A stretch of DNA of 64,000 nucleotides, from positions 47,759 to 111,758 of the forward strand of contig NZ_CANKXK010000011.1 of the NCBI RefSeq assembly GCF_947487605.1, given 5' to 3'. The position numbers and the translations under genes are program-made. Below, piece by piece: positions 50,578 to 59,231 of this stretch. Source of the DNA: an uncultured Algibacter sp. (GTDB taxonomy: Bacteria; Bacteroidota; Bacteroidia; Flavobacteriales; Flavobacteriaceae). Below the pieces are notes generated by a model that was given only the letters and a program-made list of their open reading frames with translations, was not told where the DNA came from and did not search any database. Numbering within the stretch: the first letter of the stretch is position 1; each line of letters opens with the position of its first letter.

Positions 50578-51822
50578 TTAATTCCTTTTTATATCAAATA
50601 TTTTTCCTTTAAAACTCATATTCCTTGAAACAAATGGAATGGCAATACCTTTTAAAAGCATATTCCAATAAATCCATCTAAAAGCCAATTTTCCCCAGTG
50701 ATTAAAAATACTTTCTTTTAATAATTTTAGAGGTCCGATTTTTGGAAAAGGGAAAGTTCCATGTACTGGTTCTGTATTATAATTAAAATCAATAAGTAAA
50801 GCCTTGTTATTTCCGGTCTCTATAAAGCAGTTTGCATGTCCATCAAATTCTTCTTTTAAGGTATATCCTTTTATATATAAAAGAATGTTATCGGTTAAAG
50901 TTTCAGCTTGAAAGTGTGCTACAGATCCTGCTTTAGAAGCTGGCACATTGGTCGCATCACCAATTACAAATATGTTTTCGTGTTCTATAGATTGTAAGGT
51001 ATGCTTATGTGTTGGAATAAAGTTTAAATCATCTCCCAAACCAGAGCGTTCAATAAGCTCATCACCCATATTTGTGGGAACTGTTACTAATAAATCAAAC
51101 GGGATTGTTTTATCTCCGTAATCAACAATTTCTTTTTTTTCATTGTCTACTCTTTCTATTGCAAAATCAGCTTCCATATGGATTCCTTTTTCAGATAAAA
51201 GATAGCTTAATGATTTAGAGCAGGTAGGCTTTGTGAAAGCCCCAGACAAAGGCGTAACATAAGTAATTTCTACTTTATCTCTCATGCCTTTTTTAGTAAA
51301 ATAAGAATCAGCCAAAAACGCAAATTCTAAAGGTGCTACTGGGCATTTAATAGGCATTTCTGTTATGTGTATAACCAGTTTCCCACCATCCCATTCACGC
51401 AATTTATTTCGTAATGCTAAAGCACCTTCAAACGTGTAAAAATCGAATATATCTTTTTTCCATAGTGGTCCTAATAAACCTTCGGTTTCCTCTGGTACAA
51501 TTTTAGATCCTGTAGCAATAATTAATAGGTCATAATCTAAGGTTTCATCCTCAAGAACGACTTGATTATCTACTGGTAAAATTTTATCTATTTTTTTTTG
51601 AATATAATTAACGCCTTTGGGAATAAACTTTTTACCAACTTTTTTTACTTGATCTTCTGTATAGGTATCAAATGGAAGAAATAAAAACCCTGGTTGATAA
51701 TAATGTGTTTTATATTGATCGATAATTGTAATGCTCCAATCTTTTTTTGGGAGTTTAGAAACCAAATGATTTGCCATCATAGTTCCAGAAGTTCCAGCCC
51801 CTAATATTATTAAATTTTTCAT
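50578..51822 (-). CDS. sqr: Sulfide:quinone oxidoreductase (type III-like flavoprotein)
   Basis: GAGTSG FAD motif, HYYQPG, KCPVAPLE and DGHANCF redox Cys pair, GDAT, amphipathic C-terminal HWGKLAF.WIYW. Confidence 0.8.
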   Translation of the reverse strand: MKNLIILGAGTSGTMMANHLVSKLPKKDWSITIIDQYKTHYYQPGFLFLPFDTYTEDQVKKVGKKFIPKGVNYIQKKIDKILPVDNQVVLEDETLDYDLLIIATGSKIVPEETEGLLGPLWKKDIFDFYTFEGALALRNKLREWDGGKLVIHITEMPIKCPVAPLEFAFLADSYFTKKGMRDKVEITYVTPLSGAFTKPTCSKSLSYLLSEKGIHMEADFAIERVDNEKKEIVDYGDKTIPFDLLVTVPTNMGDELIERSGLGDDLNFIPTHKHTLQSIEHENIFVIGDATNVPASKAGSVAHFQAETLTDNILLYIKGYTLKEEFDGHANCFIETGNNKALLIDFNYNTEPVHGTFPFPKIGPLKLLKESIFNHWGKLAFRWIYWNMLLKGIAIPFVSRNMSFKGKIFDIKRN

Positions 51823-51906
51823 TTTATTTAATTTTAAACTTCCTATTAAAATTTCTAGAGTAGTTTATTTCTTTGGTAAAAGTAAACGAATTAGCATATA
51901 AATAAT

Positions 51907-52004
51907 ATGACAAAAATCATGTAAACCCTTGTGTAACAAAGGTTACACGGGTAATAAAATAACAATGACCCTCAAAATAAAATATAAAAAGTGATAATTA
52001 TCAT
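51907..52004. promoter_or_regulatory. Cluster of Crp/Fnr-type palindromes in the divergent sqr / OMP promoter
   Basis: ATGACAAAAATCAT (51907-20), GTGTAACAAAGGTTACAC (51931-48), GTGATAATTATCAT (51991-52004). Confidence 0.7.
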
Positions 52005-52117
52005 AGTTAAAGATACCTTCTAAAAGTAGCTTTGTTTAAATATTAGAAACAATAACATCTTGTAAAAAGAACTAAAAGACAACTATTTTTTTACGATGTT
52101 CTTAAATACTTTTTATT

Positions 52118-53521
52118 ATGAAAACTAAACTAATAAACCTATTATTACTATTATTTTTTTCGCCAGTAGCTTTTTCGCAAGCTGGTCACATTATGCAAGG
52201 TGCAGGAGCCGTAAACATGTCTATGGGGGGAGCTTCAACAGCACAACCACTAGATATTTCTGGAGCTTTACATTGGAACCCTGCTGCCATATCTGCTTTT
52301 AACGACAAAATTATAAAGCTTGATGTTGGTTTATTCTTTTCTTCTCCAGAATTAAGTTCTGGTTTACCTGCTAATATTCTATGGCAACCAGGAGATTTTG
52401 GCCCTGGTTCTCCTGGTGCTCCTCCAGTCTCTGGAATAACTAAAGATGATAGAGGTATGTCTCCAATGCCTGCTTTAGCCATGCTTTGGGGAAAAGAAGA
52501 TAGCAAACATACTTTTGGTGTTTCTGCTTTTGGCATTAGTGGCTTTGGTGTAACATTTCCACAAGACAATAATGCTCCTGTAGACTCACAAGGTAATCCA
52601 AACCCAAATTTTAACCCTATAGGTAATTCTAATCCCATTAATTACCCACAAGCCGCACAGGGGTTTGGACATATAGAATCTGATTACATGTTATTACAAG
52701 TAGGATTATCTTATGCTTATGAAATAACCGATAAGTTCTCTATTGGTATTCAGCCAAATATAGATTATGCTGCATTAGAACTAGCACCTAATCCAACTGC
52801 AAAACCTAATATGTTTGGATATCCAAACACAGATAGTGCAACAGCTATTGGTTTTGGTGCTCAATTTGGAGTGTTCTATGATTCAGGATTAGGATTAAAA
52901 CTAGGAGCATCCTATAAAACAGCACAAAAATTTAGTGAATTTGAATTCGATAATACATATCCAGACAATACCACTGCTAAAAATAAATTCCAAATGGATT
53001 ATCCTGCTATTTTCTCTCTTGGATTGGGATATTCACAAGGAGATATTGATTTAGCGCTAGATTTTAGACGTGTTGATTATGAAAATACAGATGGTTTTGC
53101 TGAAACAGGTTGGACAATAGATCAAAACATGTTACCTTCTGTAGCTGGATTTGGGTGGGAGAATATATCCATTATCTCTGCAGGGTTACAGTATAAAGGC
53201 ATTGCTAAATTACCTCTTCGTTTTGGCTATACTTACAGTTCTAACCCTATTCCAGAGGATATTGCGTTTTTTAATGTTCCTGCCACAGCAATTATTAAAA
53301 ATGCTTACCAATTTGGTTTAAGTTATAAGGTAAATAAAACTTGGAACATTGATGCCGTTTACCATTATGGAGATAGTAACGGAGCGACCGAAGGTCCATT
53401 ATTAAACCCTCGTAATATTTCTTCAGGAAATCCTACAGGAGCTGTTTCAGGGTCGTTTGTATCTTACGATATGACAACCTCAATGATACAATTTGGTATT
53501 AGTTATACATTTAACAAATAA
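52118..53521 (+). CDS. OmpP1/FadL/TodX family outer-membrane channel
   Basis: Signal peptide, G.GA..MSMGGA.TA..D......WNPA hatch motif, alternating beta strands, C-terminal SYTF. Confidence 0.8.
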   Translation: MKTKLINLLLLLFFSPVAFSQAGHIMQGAGAVNMSMGGASTAQPLDISGALHWNPAAISAFNDKIIKLDVGLFFSSPELSSGLPANILWQPGDFGPGSPGAPPVSGITKDDRGMSPMPALAMLWGKEDSKHTFGVSAFGISGFGVTFPQDNNAPVDSQGNPNPNFNPIGNSNPINYPQAAQGFGHIESDYMLLQVGLSYAYEITDKFSIGIQPNIDYAALELAPNPTAKPNMFGYPNTDSATAIGFGAQFGVFYDSGLGLKLGASYKTAQKFSEFEFDNTYPDNTTAKNKFQMDYPAIFSLGLGYSQGDIDLALDFRRVDYENTDGFAETGWTIDQNMLPSVAGFGWENISIISAGLQYKGIAKLPLRFGYTYSSNPIPEDIAFFNVPATAIIKNAYQFGLSYKVNKTWNIDAVYHYGDSNGATEGPLLNPRNISSGNPTGAVSGSFVSYDMTTSMIQFGISYTFNK

Positions 53522-53537
53522 ATTTATTATCCCAAAA

Positions 53538-53579
53538 TAATAACCCCATAAACTGTAATTAATGTTTATGGGGTTATTA
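53538..53579. terminator. Hairpin terminator after the OMP gene
   Basis: TAATAACCCCATAAAC...GTTTATGGGGTTATTA 16-bp stem. Confidence 0.75.
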
Positions 53580-53596
53580 AATAATTTAGATAAAAA

Positions 53597-53729
53597 GAGG
53601 CTGTTTAAAAAGTAAGTTCGATATCATATTGAGCTTGTCGAAATATTTTTAACTTATACTGATAATCAATATCAGTTTCGACAGGCTCAACCTAACAAAT
53701 CAAACTATAAAGACTTTTTAGACAGCCTC
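53597..53729. mobile_element. MITE-like element, copy 2
   Basis: TIR GAGGCTGTTTAAAAAGT/ACTTTTTAGACAGCCTC; colinear with 1871-2002. Confidence 0.75.
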
Positions 53730-53868
53730 TTAACAATCAATCAAAAAACAAAGCGCCTTTATCTCCTTCAATTAATTAAAAACAAGCAAAAGACATATGT
53801 TACTTTAATCGACCAACCAACCATGCTATTAATCAGTTAACAAATACATTTTTTTTATTTTAATATCA

Positions 53869-54354
53869 TTAGTTTATTATCTCTTTTCTTAGTAAGAACC
53901 CTTTCTTTCTTTGCTCGTTATAATGTTTATCAAACCAATCTGGTTTCTCTATATCATTATCATATATATAATCTGAAATTTGTTTTAACTTTTCCTCAGA
54001 AACTTCAAGCTTGGGCATTAATCCAAATCTTTTCACAGCACCATACATTTTTGCATTAGCTTCTGTTGGATTTTCAAACCAAGCATAGATATCGTTAATA
54101 AAATCTTCTTTATTTGTTCCCTCTAAGATATATCGTTTTTTTACTGCTATCATTGGTGGCGCTAATCTTTCATCATGACTTGCAGTTGCGCTATGGCATA
54201 TATTACATTGGTTCTCCATAAGCTTTTTACCAGGATGTATTTCTTGATTATTATGCTGTACAAAAGGCGGGTATTTTTTTGTCTTCTGGCAACTAACTAC
54301 AAACACCAAAGCGGTTAATAAGATAAGAGGTTTCATAAATTTTGTATTATACAA
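53869..54354 (-). CDS. Monoheme c-type cytochrome lipoprotein
   Basis: CNICH heme motif, lipobox VVSC, APPM..RFGLMP. Confidence 0.85.
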   Translation of the reverse strand: MYNTKFMKPLILLTALVFVVSCQKTKKYPPFVQHNNQEIHPGKKLMENQCNICHSATASHDERLAPPMIAVKKRYILEGTNKEDFINDIYAWFENPTEANAKMYGAVKRFGLMPKLEVSEEKLKQISDYIYDNDIEKPDWFDKHYNEQRKKGFLLRKEIIN

Positions 54355-54385
54355 TCAAAGATACCAACTCATAATAAAATTTAAC

Positions 54386-54399
54386 GTAACCTAAGTTAC
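54386..54399. promoter_or_regulatory. Crp/Fnr-type palindrome upstream of the cytochrome c gene
   Basis: GTAACCTAAGTTAC, 22 nt upstream of minus-strand TATCTTTG. Confidence 0.65.
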
Positions 54400-54512
54400 A
54401 GATGGATTATTAACATTTAAAAAGTCGAAACTTTACACGATAAATTTTACAAAATAATGGAAATAAAAAAAGACCTTAATATTCATAAAAAGAATATTAA
54501 AGTCTTTGTCTG

Positions 54513-54586
54513 TGACCACGGCAGGATTCAAACCTGCAACCTCTTGAGCCGTAATCAAGTGCGCTATTCAGTTGCGCCACGTGGCC
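54513..54586 (-). tRNA. tRNA-Arg (anticodon ACG)
   Basis: GGCCACG/CGTGGTC acceptor stem, CTTGA-TTACGGC-TCAAG anticodon arm, GCAGG-TTTGAAT-CCTGC T arm. Confidence 0.95.
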
Positions 54587-54669
54587 GTTTTTAATGGGTG
54601 CAAATATACTATTAATTAAAACTTTAACAAACAATTTATTTCAAATTTATAAATCCGTATTTTTGAACC

Positions 54670-55299
54670 ATGACTAATGAAATATTACATCAAAAATTTA
54701 ATCATACCCTCGATAGCAATCTTTTAAATGAAATTGCAAATGTTGGTACGTATAAATCTTTTTTAAAAGATGATATAATTATAGATATTGATCAACCATT
54801 AGAAAATATACCACTCTTATTAAGTGGCCATATTAAAATACTAAGAGAAGATGACCAAGGAAATGATTTACTTATTTATTTCTTAGAAGCTGGTGAAACT
54901 TGCACCATGTCACTTACTTGCTGTATGGGGACATCAAAAAGTAAAATAAGAGCCGTTGCAGAGCAAGATTCTAGCCTCGTTATGATACCTGTACAAAAGA
55001 TGCAAGAATGGTTTCATAATAATGAGAGTTGGCGTAACTTTATTTTGAGTAGTTATCAGATTCGTTTTGATGAAATGCTTGATGCTATTGATAGTATTGC
55101 GTTTTTAAAAATGGATGAGCGTTTACACAAATACCTAGTCAACAAAACGGTACTAAATAGCTCTAATACTATTTTAATGAAGCACCAAGATATTGCTGAA
55201 GATTTACATACTTCTCGAGTTGTTATATCAAGACTTCTTAAGCAACTTGAAAACGAGAATAAAATAAATCTTGGCAGAAATAAAATCGTGGTTTTATAA
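54670..55299 (+). CDS. Crp/Fnr family transcriptional regulator
   Basis: cNMP-like domain with GETC.MSL.CC; HTH HQDIAEDLHTSRVVISRLLK. Confidence 0.92.
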   Translation: MTNEILHQKFNHTLDSNLLNEIANVGTYKSFLKDDIIIDIDQPLENIPLLLSGHIKILREDDQGNDLLIYFLEAGETCTMSLTCCMGTSKSKIRAVAEQDSSLVMIPVQKMQEWFHNNESWRNFILSSYQIRFDEMLDAIDSIAFLKMDERLHKYLVNKTVLNSSNTILMKHQDIAEDLHTSRVVISRLLKQLENENKINLGRNKIVVL

Positions 55300-55343
55300 A
55301 CTTATTCATCTAAAACTTAACAAGATATTTAGACTAAACTATT

Positions 55344-55892
55344 ATGGAATACATATTAAACCCTTGGCCGTGGTATATATCTGGCCCATTAATAGCCATT
55401 ATAATGGCCTTGCTTTTATATTTTGGAAAAACCTTTGGCATGTCTTCTAATTTAAGTACGATGTGTACCATTTTGGGTGCTGGAAAGCGCATAAATTTTT
55501 TTAAAATGAACTGGAAAGATCAATCTTGGAACATAACTGTTGTTATTGGTGCCATTATTGGAGGTTTCATAGCTACCCAATATTTAAGCAATAATAGTAT
55601 TACTAATCTAAATTCTACTACGATTACAGAACTACAACAAATGGGATTTAAAAACTCAGGGGTTTCCTTAGTTCCAGATGAAATATTTAAGTTAAGTTCA
55701 ATAAAAGAATTACTAATCTTAATAACTGGAGGTCTACTTGTTGGGTTTGGAACACGGTATGCTGGCGGATGCACCTCTGGCCACGCTATTTCTGGCCTTA
55801 GCAGTTTACAAAAACCATCGCTTATTGCAGTTATTGGATTCTTTATTGGTGGCCTAATTATGACTAATATTATTTTACCTCTAATATTTTAA
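55344..55892 (+). CDS. YeeE/YedE family sulfur-compound transporter subunit
   Basis: FGMSS, GGLLVGFGTRYAGGCTSGH. Confidence 0.9.
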   Translation: MEYILNPWPWYISGPLIAIIMALLLYFGKTFGMSSNLSTMCTILGAGKRINFFKMNWKDQSWNITVVIGAIIGGFIATQYLSNNSITNLNSTTITELQQMGFKNSGVSLVPDEIFKLSSIKELLILITGGLLVGFGTRYAGGCTSGHAISGLSSLQKPSLIAVIGFFIGGLIMTNIILPLIF

Positions 55893-55894
55893 AT

Positions 55895-56308
55895 ATGAAA
55901 TACTTAAAATTTTTGCTTGTTGGTGTTTTCTTTGGAATTATACTAGTTAAATCTGAAGCTGTTTCTTGGTATAGAATTTATGAGATGTTTAGATTTCAAT
56001 CTTTCCACATGTATGGTATTATAAGCACTGCAATTGTGAGTGGTATTTTATTTTTACAGTTTTCAAAAAGAGGTTATATTAAAAGTATAAAAGGAGCCAA
56101 TATTTTTGTCCCTAAAAAAGAAAAAGGTATTACAAGATACTTCGTTGGAGGCATTATTTTTGGTCTAGGATGGGCATTAATAGGCACATGTCCTGGTCCC
56201 ATGTATATATTATTAGGCACAGGTGTTTTTAGCATGTTTATTGTAATTGCTGCTGCCATATTGGGCACTTTTATATATGGCGTCTTAAAAAACAAACTCC
56301 CTCATTAA
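55895..56308 (+). CDS. YeeE/YedE family second subunit
   Basis: FHMYGII, GGIIFGLGWAL.GTCPGP. Confidence 0.88.
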   Translation: MKYLKFLLVGVFFGIILVKSEAVSWYRIYEMFRFQSFHMYGIISTAIVSGILFLQFSKRGYIKSIKGANIFVPKKEKGITRYFVGGIIFGLGWALIGTCPGPMYILLGTGVFSMFIVIAAAILGTFIYGVLKNKLPH

Positions 56309-57100
56309 ATGGATAACACCCAACTATTTGGATATATTGGTGCGTTAATAGTAGGATTAGTACTAGGATTAATTGGAGGAGGCGGATCCATCTTAACAGT
56401 GCCTATATTGGTGTACTTACTAGGCTATAATCCAATAGTTGCTACTGCCTATTCTCTATTTGTTGTTGGCACTACATCCATGGTTGGCACGTTTCAGAAA
56501 TACAAAAAAGGGTTGGTAGACTTTAAAACGGGTTTTGCTTTTTCTTTTCCATCGTTTATAGCAGTTTATCTTTCGCGAAGATATTTGGTACCTAATATTC
56601 CTGATAGACTTTTTAATATTGATGATTTTACATTTACTAAAGAAATGGGAATTATGATCTTTTTTGCAATCATAATGATTATAGCGTCCTATTCTATGAT
56701 TAAAAATAAAACAGACAATAGTTCACTAAAAGAAAAGCAAGCATATTACAAAACTTTTATTCAAGCAATAGTTATAGGAACAATTACAGGATTTATAGGC
56801 GCAGGAGGTGGATTTTTATATGTACCAGCACTTGTAATTTGGGCAAATATTCCAATGAAAAAAGCAGTTGGCACATCATTAATAATAGTTACCATCAACT
56901 CATTAATTGGTTTTATTGGCGATATTCAAACCTTAGAGATAGATTGGGTATTCCTTTTATCGTTTACACTAATATCTATAGTTGGCATTATTTTGGGTGT
57001 ATTTCTGTCAAAATTTATTAGTGGTAAAAAACTTAAAAAAAGTTTTGGATTTTTCACTTTAATAATGGCTGTTTATATTATATATAAAGAAACCAATTAA
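56309..57100 (+). CDS. TauE/SafE sulfite exporter family protein
   Basis: GLIGGGGSILTVP and GFIGAGGGF..VPAL repeats, AVGTSL. Confidence 0.9.
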   Translation: MDNTQLFGYIGALIVGLVLGLIGGGGSILTVPILVYLLGYNPIVATAYSLFVVGTTSMVGTFQKYKKGLVDFKTGFAFSFPSFIAVYLSRRYLVPNIPDRLFNIDDFTFTKEMGIMIFFAIIMIIASYSMIKNKTDNSSLKEKQAYYKTFIQAIVIGTITGFIGAGGGFLYVPALVIWANIPMKKAVGTSLIIVTINSLIGFIGDIQTLEIDWVFLLSFTLISIVGIILGVFLSKFISGKKLKKSFGFFTLIMAVYIIYKETN

Positions 57101-57105
57101 AGTAA

Positions 57106-57121
57106 TGTGACAAAAATCACA
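57106..57121. promoter_or_regulatory. CRP-like box upstream of the MBL-rhodanese gene
   Basis: TGTGA-CAAAAA-TCACA; 14-bp core ends 22 nt before TATTTTTG. Confidence 0.7.
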
Positions 57122-57167
57122 AATCAACCCAATATGATTTATTATTTTTGAATGATACTTTTTTAAA

Positions 57168-58580
57168 ATGAAAATAGAGCAAATATATACAGGCTGTTTA
57201 GCACAAGGTGCTTATTACATAGAATCTAATGGAGAAGTTGCGATAATTGATCCGCTTCGTGAAACCCAACAATATGTAGATAAAGCCAATAGAGAAAATG
57301 CAAAAATTAAATATATTTTTGAAACACATTTTCATGCCGATTTTGTTTCTGGTCACGTAGATTTAGCAAAAAAAACTGGTGCTATAATTGTTTATGGGCC
57401 AGGGGCAGAAACCAATTACGATATACATTGTGCTAAGGATGAAGAAAAATTTAAATTAGGAAATATTACTATAAAAGTTTTACACACACCGGGACATACA
57501 TTAGAGTCTTCTACTTACCTATTAATTGATAAATCTGGAAAAGATTATGCTATTTTTTCTGGAGACACTTTGTTTTTAGGCGATGTTGGAAGGCCCGATT
57601 TAGCCATAAAGTCTGACCTAACAAAAGAAGATTTAGCAGGAATGCTCTACGATTCGCTTAGGAATAAAATAATGCCATTAGCAGACGATGTTATTGTTTA
57701 TCCCGCTCATGGTGCTGGTTCTGCATGCGGAAAAAATTTGAGCAAAGAAACCATTGGAATTTTAGGTGATGAGAAAAAAACAAATTACGCATTAAGAGCA
57801 GATATGACCAAAGCAGAATTTATTGAAGAAGTTCTTGATGGCATAGCGCCACCACCACAGTATTTTGCAAAAAATGCGATGATGAATAAATCTGGGTATG
57901 ATACTTTTGAAACAGTTTTAAAAAAGGGAGACAATGCGTTAACCCCTGAAGCCTTTGAACATTTAGCAAACGAAGGAAATGCTTTAGTGCTGGATGTAAG
58001 ACATGAAAAAGATTTTATAAAGGGCCATATTCCAAACTCCATTTTTATTGGCATCCATGGTGGGTTTGCACCTTGGGTAGGTGCTTTAATTACAGACTTA
58101 AAACAACCTATTTTATTAGTAGCTCCAGAAGGTAAAGCAAAAGAAACTGTTACTAGATTATCTCGTGTAGGGTATGATAACACACTTGGCTATTTAGAAG
58201 GCGGTATTGAAGCTTGGGTAGCTTCTGGAAGAGATATAGAAACTTTAGACTCTATTTCGGTTAACACCTTTAAGAATGTGTTTAAGGACAAAAGCATTCA
58301 TGTTTTAGATGTTAGAAAAGATGGTGAATACAAATCGGAACATTTAGATGGAAATTCTGTGCAGCACTTTGCTTTAGATTATATAAATGATAACATGAAT
58401 AAAATTGATGTAAGGAAAACATATTACATTCATTGTGCAGGTGGTTATCGATCTGTAATTGCAGCTTCTATACTTAAAGCTCGTGGCTTTAAGAACTTAA
58501 TAGATGTCGCAGGTGGTTTTGGAGCCATGAAAAAAACAGATTTACCAACTACAGAGTTTGTTTGCCCTTCAACTTTATAA
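57168..58580 (+). CDS. Persulfide dioxygenase-type MBL-fold protein fused to two rhodanese domains
   Basis: ETHFHADFVSG, HTPGHT, GDTLF.GDVGRPDL, PAHGAGSAC; C-terminal rhodanese HCAGGYRS. Confidence 0.85.
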   Translation: MKIEQIYTGCLAQGAYYIESNGEVAIIDPLRETQQYVDKANRENAKIKYIFETHFHADFVSGHVDLAKKTGAIIVYGPGAETNYDIHCAKDEEKFKLGNITIKVLHTPGHTLESSTYLLIDKSGKDYAIFSGDTLFLGDVGRPDLAIKSDLTKEDLAGMLYDSLRNKIMPLADDVIVYPAHGAGSACGKNLSKETIGILGDEKKTNYALRADMTKAEFIEEVLDGIAPPPQYFAKNAMMNKSGYDTFETVLKKGDNALTPEAFEHLANEGNALVLDVRHEKDFIKGHIPNSIFIGIHGGFAPWVGALITDLKQPILLVAPEGKAKETVTRLSRVGYDNTLGYLEGGIEAWVASGRDIETLDSISVNTFKNVFKDKSIHVLDVRKDGEYKSEHLDGNSVQHFALDYINDNMNKIDVRKTYYIHCAGGYRSVIAASILKARGFKNLIDVAGGFGAMKKTDLPTTEFVCPSTL

Positions 58581-58616
58581 GTAATTTTTGATATCAAGTT
58601 GATAAAGAAATATAAA

Positions 58617-58883
58617 ATGAAAACAACTTTAGAAATACAAAACCTAAAATGTTCTGGTTGTGCTAATACCATTACCAAAAAGGTTTCTAGTTTAGAAGGT
58701 ATCACAGAATTAAAGGTTTATACAGACACTAACACTTTATCTTTTCAATATGAAAACGAAGCTACTGCAGATAAAGTAAAAGAGCTTCTTTCTATTATTG
58801 GATACCCTGTTGTAGGAGAAAAAAATGCATTAACAACTAAAGCAAAGTCTTTTGTAAGTTGCGCAATTGGGAGAATAAAATAA
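58617..58883 (+). CDS. Heavy-metal-associated (HMA) domain protein
   Basis: NLKCSGC motif; KAKSFVSCAIG C-terminus; ATG at 58617. Confidence 0.85.
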   Translation: MKTTLEIQNLKCSGCANTITKKVSSLEGITELKVYTDTNTLSFQYENEATADKVKELLSIIGYPVVGEKNALTTKAKSFVSCAIGRIK

Positions 58884-58890
58884 TTAGATT

Positions 58891-59166
58891 TTAAACAATT
58901 TCGGCACTTAAACCAGCCTCCAATAGCATGGAACAACGTGGTTTTAAATCGTCGTACAAACCCGTTTTAACAGTACATTTACCTTTATAATGAACTATTA
59001 AGGAACATTGCTCTGCTTGTTCTGAAGTATGCTCACATGCATAGATTAACGTTTCAATAACATGATCGAATGTATTAACATCGTCATTGTATAAAACAAT
59101 TTCGTTTTGTGTTGACACTTCTTCTTGAAGTAATAATTCTACCGATGTTTTTTCTTGTGAACTCAT
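58891..59166 (-). CDS. clpS: ATP-dependent Clp protease adaptor
   Basis: IVLYNDDVNTFDHVI..QAEQC..VH.KG. Confidence 0.92.
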   Translation of the reverse strand: MSSQEKTSVELLLQEEVSTQNEIVLYNDDVNTFDHVIETLIYACEHTSEQAEQCSLIVHYKGKCTVKTGLYDDLKPRCSMLLEAGLSAEIV

Positions 59167-59231
59167 CCTATTGTCTTTCAGACATTTTCCAAAGGGGAAA
59201 ATTATTATTAATATTTTTTGTAATTATACTA

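Noticed and set aside
54400..54586. Prophage or integrative element at tRNA-Arg
   Set aside because: No integrase, phage genes or duplicated tRNA 3' end seen
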